Source: the human T2T-CHM13v2.0 reference genome, Homo sapiens. From it: a stretch of 64,000 nt of DNA. Shown here piece after piece: positions 60,768 to 64,000 of the stretch. The position numbers and the translations under genes are program-made. The notes below the pieces were generated by a model. The model was not told where the DNA came from and did no database searches. It saw nothing but the letters and a program-made list of their open reading frames with translations. Location of the stretch: assembly GCF_009914755.1 (NCBI RefSeq), contig NC_060928.1; one strand, written 5' to 3'. Position 1 is the stretch's first letter. Each line of letters opens with the position of its first letter.

Positions 60768-63299
60768 ATACAGAAATTCCTAAGTATTCCAATTCTCCCA
60801 AATTAAAGACATTAATAACAGATATTTTGGAAAGATTGCTTAAAAGCCCATTTAAGTAACATTAACTTTTAAAATCTAAACAAGTTTCCACCTTGATTTT
60901 GTTGTAACATAATTCCTTTAGTCTAAATAATAACCTTAGTACTTCCACTTCATATCCAAATATCTTTATAGTTCAATATCATCTGTTTTCATGATTACTA
61001 CAGGGAAATGTTCTTCCCAATTCTCCCAAATTAAAAAATATATATATAAAGTCTTTTAAAATAATTCATAAAGTCCAATGAAAATTACTTTACCAAATAC
61101 TAAATAAGAGCAGATTCATTTCTATTTCTTTGTTTCTAAGGTATTAAAAAGTATCATTTATAGTTTTAAGGTAAGAATTATTCCTTTAAATATAACCACA
61201 TGGCAGAAGATTCTGTTCAATGTAAATACACACTCCCACAACACACACTTTAAGAAAATCACAATTTGCATTCTAATAGTTGCCCCTAGTTATTTATAAA
61301 AATTCAAGCCCCTCAATGATGAGAGCTTCCCCCTCCCCATCCTGTGACTCTTACCTTCACAGAAATTTTTATATAAAAATATGCATAAAAGCTATACTGA
61401 ATGTGTTGAAATTTTAGTTTGAATTTTAGAAAATAATATTTTTTAAAGCTTATCATTATTGATACAAATAAATTACGTAAGCCCTACTGGGAAACCCGGC
61501 ATTTGTAAATAGGGCCATGACAAACTTAAACCAATCAAACTCCCACATTCTCTGTCCTGTCTTTTCCCAAAACAAAAAGAAAACCATCTTTATGTTAACT
61601 TTTCTGTTATCTTTACCTTAAATTCCATACCTCTCCATGACATTATTTTTTCCACACAGCAGTTAAAATTTAATGAACACATTTCCTACTCCAGAGAAAA
61701 TAATAAAAATGGAAAGTTATTGAAAATTAAGTGGACAGAGGATTTTACCTTATATTCAGAGAAATATTCTAAGAAGTTTTATTTACCAAATCAGTCAACA
61801 TGAGCTAGCATTTTTCGTAGCATTTAAACTTTGGGGATCTATCTAAATTTTGGTTCCTTGATCCTTTTTAATGTTTAACTGTATTGAAACATACATGTGC
61901 TATATAGAGGTTGAAAATTTTTTTCCAGGGCTACAAAACGAAAATCATAAAGAATAATGAAACTGAGAGATGGTCTATTTGAAAATATGAAAAAAAAATT
62001 AAGTATGACTATTTTTATAAATAACTAGGCTATTTTAATGACTATTTTTATTATTAGAAAAAAACTTCTTATATACATTAAAGTTTATATATATACCTTT
62101 TGTATACTGAAGGGCTCTGAAAGATTCCATTGTCTTTTTTACGTTATAGTTACTTAATATTGCTCTAAATAATTAATCATATTTGTGTTTGCAAAGGTTC
62201 TTCAATGCCCATAGTCAGGGCTGCAGGAGGCAGAACTAAAATTTAACTAAGCATCTACTACATGCCAAACATATGTTTTCTCATTCTATTCTCAAAACGA
62301 CCTTACTATAAAGGTATTAGCTGTGACTGATAAAACTGTGGCTTATAGATATGTTACCTAAGGTCAAACAGCTAAGGAAAAATCACACAGCTGGGAGGCT
62401 AACTGAAGTCTGTAAAACAAGTCCTTTTCCCACTAACTACGTATGTTAAATTGTTTTTCCAGTAGTGGTAATAGAGAACAGCTCTTCGCCCCTCCTTCTC
62501 TTCCCTCCACTTCCCCGTGAACAGCATACACTATTTCTTTGTGAGACCAGGTGCAAAGAGCAATCTCTGGCCATGACACAGAGTACGGCCTACAAGGATC
62601 GAAACTGTATTATGCTTTTATCCACAGCACGGTTCTAGCTAAATGATCTAACTACATACAAATGTAATGAGGTTGGAGTAGAAAAGCACATTAGCAAATA
62701 ATTATCCAAATGCCATTTGTATTTGGTTCTGAAATGTACTGTAGACCTATTGGCAGCAGGTTTATCTTTACAACTGGGTTTTGCTTAGGCTATTCTCAAA
62801 ATAGCTTTCCAGCAGCACATACTGAGTAGACAACAGAGGTTGCTTGATCTAGTTTTTGGAGACTGAGGAAAACATGTTTGTTGAGCCTATCTTGATTGAC
62901 AAGATAACTAGAGGCAATACGGTAAAATGTAACACTGTGCTTCCAATGTGTACAAACGGCTCAGCTAAACTCCCTGAACACAATCCACCTAAACAGTCTA
63001 AGCTCAATAGCCGACCGAGTTAAGCAGGATGACAGCTCCAGTAACTTCCTCTTCCTCACCCAGCTCCTCAGCTCGGCGGCGCGTACACGCCTCTCCCCCT
63101 AGGAGGCAGGATAAAACAATTTCAAATGCACAAAATCCATCCAATCCCACAGGCCAGGAAAGCCAGTTTCCCTTTCTTCCTCAGCCCTTCCAAGAAAATG
63201 TTTGTCTAATTAAAAAAAAAAAAATCTTACCAACGGCAAAGTATTTGCAACAAAAATCCAAAATATTTACTCAGTCCCTCCACACAGCCTTAGGGGAAG

Positions 63300-63805
63300 G
63301 ATGAAAAGAAGGGAACACGACACCGCGTATTCCCAAGACTGACTGTTCTGATTCACTTTCCTCCCTCGGGTCCCACAGCCGGCCGGGCGAAGGCTTGCAG
63401 TTGGAACGCCAAAATAAGCCTTCGCCTCTCAGGAGACGCGGAGGCGGCCACGGCGACGGCAATCGGCGAGTCCCGCCTCCGACCCTCACCTGCCCAGGCC
63501 TGAGGCAGCGCCGTGGGCTCGCGCGGGCTCGCCGTCCCGGGAGGCGTCCGGGGAGGTGGGCGGGCGCCCAGGCAGTTAGGCCGCGCTGCAGGCCGGCGCG
63601 CTTCCTGCCGCGGCCGGGGAACGGCGGCCCCGGGATCAGCGGCGCGGCACCGACCAGCAGCTCTCCCAGCCCCGCTGCCGCGCGTGTGCCGCACTCACTC
63701 AGCCCTCCCCGGCCGGCCCCCTAGGAGCAGCTCTCACCTGCCAGGCTCGGGAGCCGCAGCCACAAAGCGGGAGGGACACGCCACTCTGGGGTCCCGGCCC
63801 CGGGC

Positions 63806-63863
<58 letters not shown>

Positions 63864-64000
63864 CGGAACCTTCGCCCGCCTCTGAAGAGACGCGGGTCAG
63901 CCCCGCCGCCCCCTCCAGTCACCCGACACACACCCACTCGCCGTGGGTCCTCGGGCCGCCTCCCCGCCCGCCAAAGTCCCAACTCGCACACCCACACGCA
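63300..64000. promoter_or_regulatory. CpG island at the CNOT6L 5' end (continues past window), with minus-strand splice donors CAG|GTGAG at 63738/63737 and 63490/63489
   Basis: Abrupt switch from AT-rich, CpG-poor intron to very GC-rich, CpG-dense sequence upstream of the first coding exons; GC boxes (ccccgccc, gggcgg). Confidence 0.9.
63814..63861. repeat. Perfect (AC)24 / (CA)23 microsatellite
   Basis: Directly visible. Confidence 0.98.

Noticed and set aside
60175-61330. RTGATGA (box C-like) in both copies of the 47-bp repeat, suggesting C/D snoRNAs
   Set aside because: On the strand opposite the host transcript, with no well-placed CTGA box D or terminal stem.
63029-63724. Pro/Arg/Gly-rich ORFs on both strands of the CpG island
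   Set aside because: Expected in GC-rich DNA; no recognisable domain, mostly non-ATG starts.

Overview
Primate, almost certainly human, genomic DNA. The window holds the 5' half of CNOT6L (CCR4b, the LRR+EEP deadenylase subunit of CCR4-NOT) on the minus strand. Four coding exons with canonical GT-AG sites and consistent phases (21147-21026, 19471-19285, 17921-17836, 1734-1645; exons 2-5 if the ATG-AG first exon lies just beyond 64000) encode the N-terminal leucine-rich-repeat region. A CpG island with a (CA)23 repeat and candidate alternative first-exon donors lies at the right end. The rest is intron filled with about 46 Alu-family elements, old L1 fragments, LTRs (MER41, MST, MLT1, LTR47-like) and DNA-transposon fossils. 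No prokaryotic-type system, CRISPR, rRNA or tRNA is present. Best leads: (1) a MER41 endogenous-retrovirus copy with processed-pseudogene anatomy (R-U5/short, probably spliced internal/U3-R/polyA/TSD); (2) a stop-free, frame-preserving 183-nt candidate cassette exon in intron 1; (3) two independent routes to an LRR-only CNOT6L product (exon 2-4 circle; intronic polyA after exon 5); (4) a twin-primed, 5'-inverted Alu; (5) a CpG-island reading frame through the CA repeat that would be in frame with exon 2. Repeat subfamily names are by eye from remembered consensus sequences and repeat boundaries are approximate; no database search was run, so novelty is unverified.
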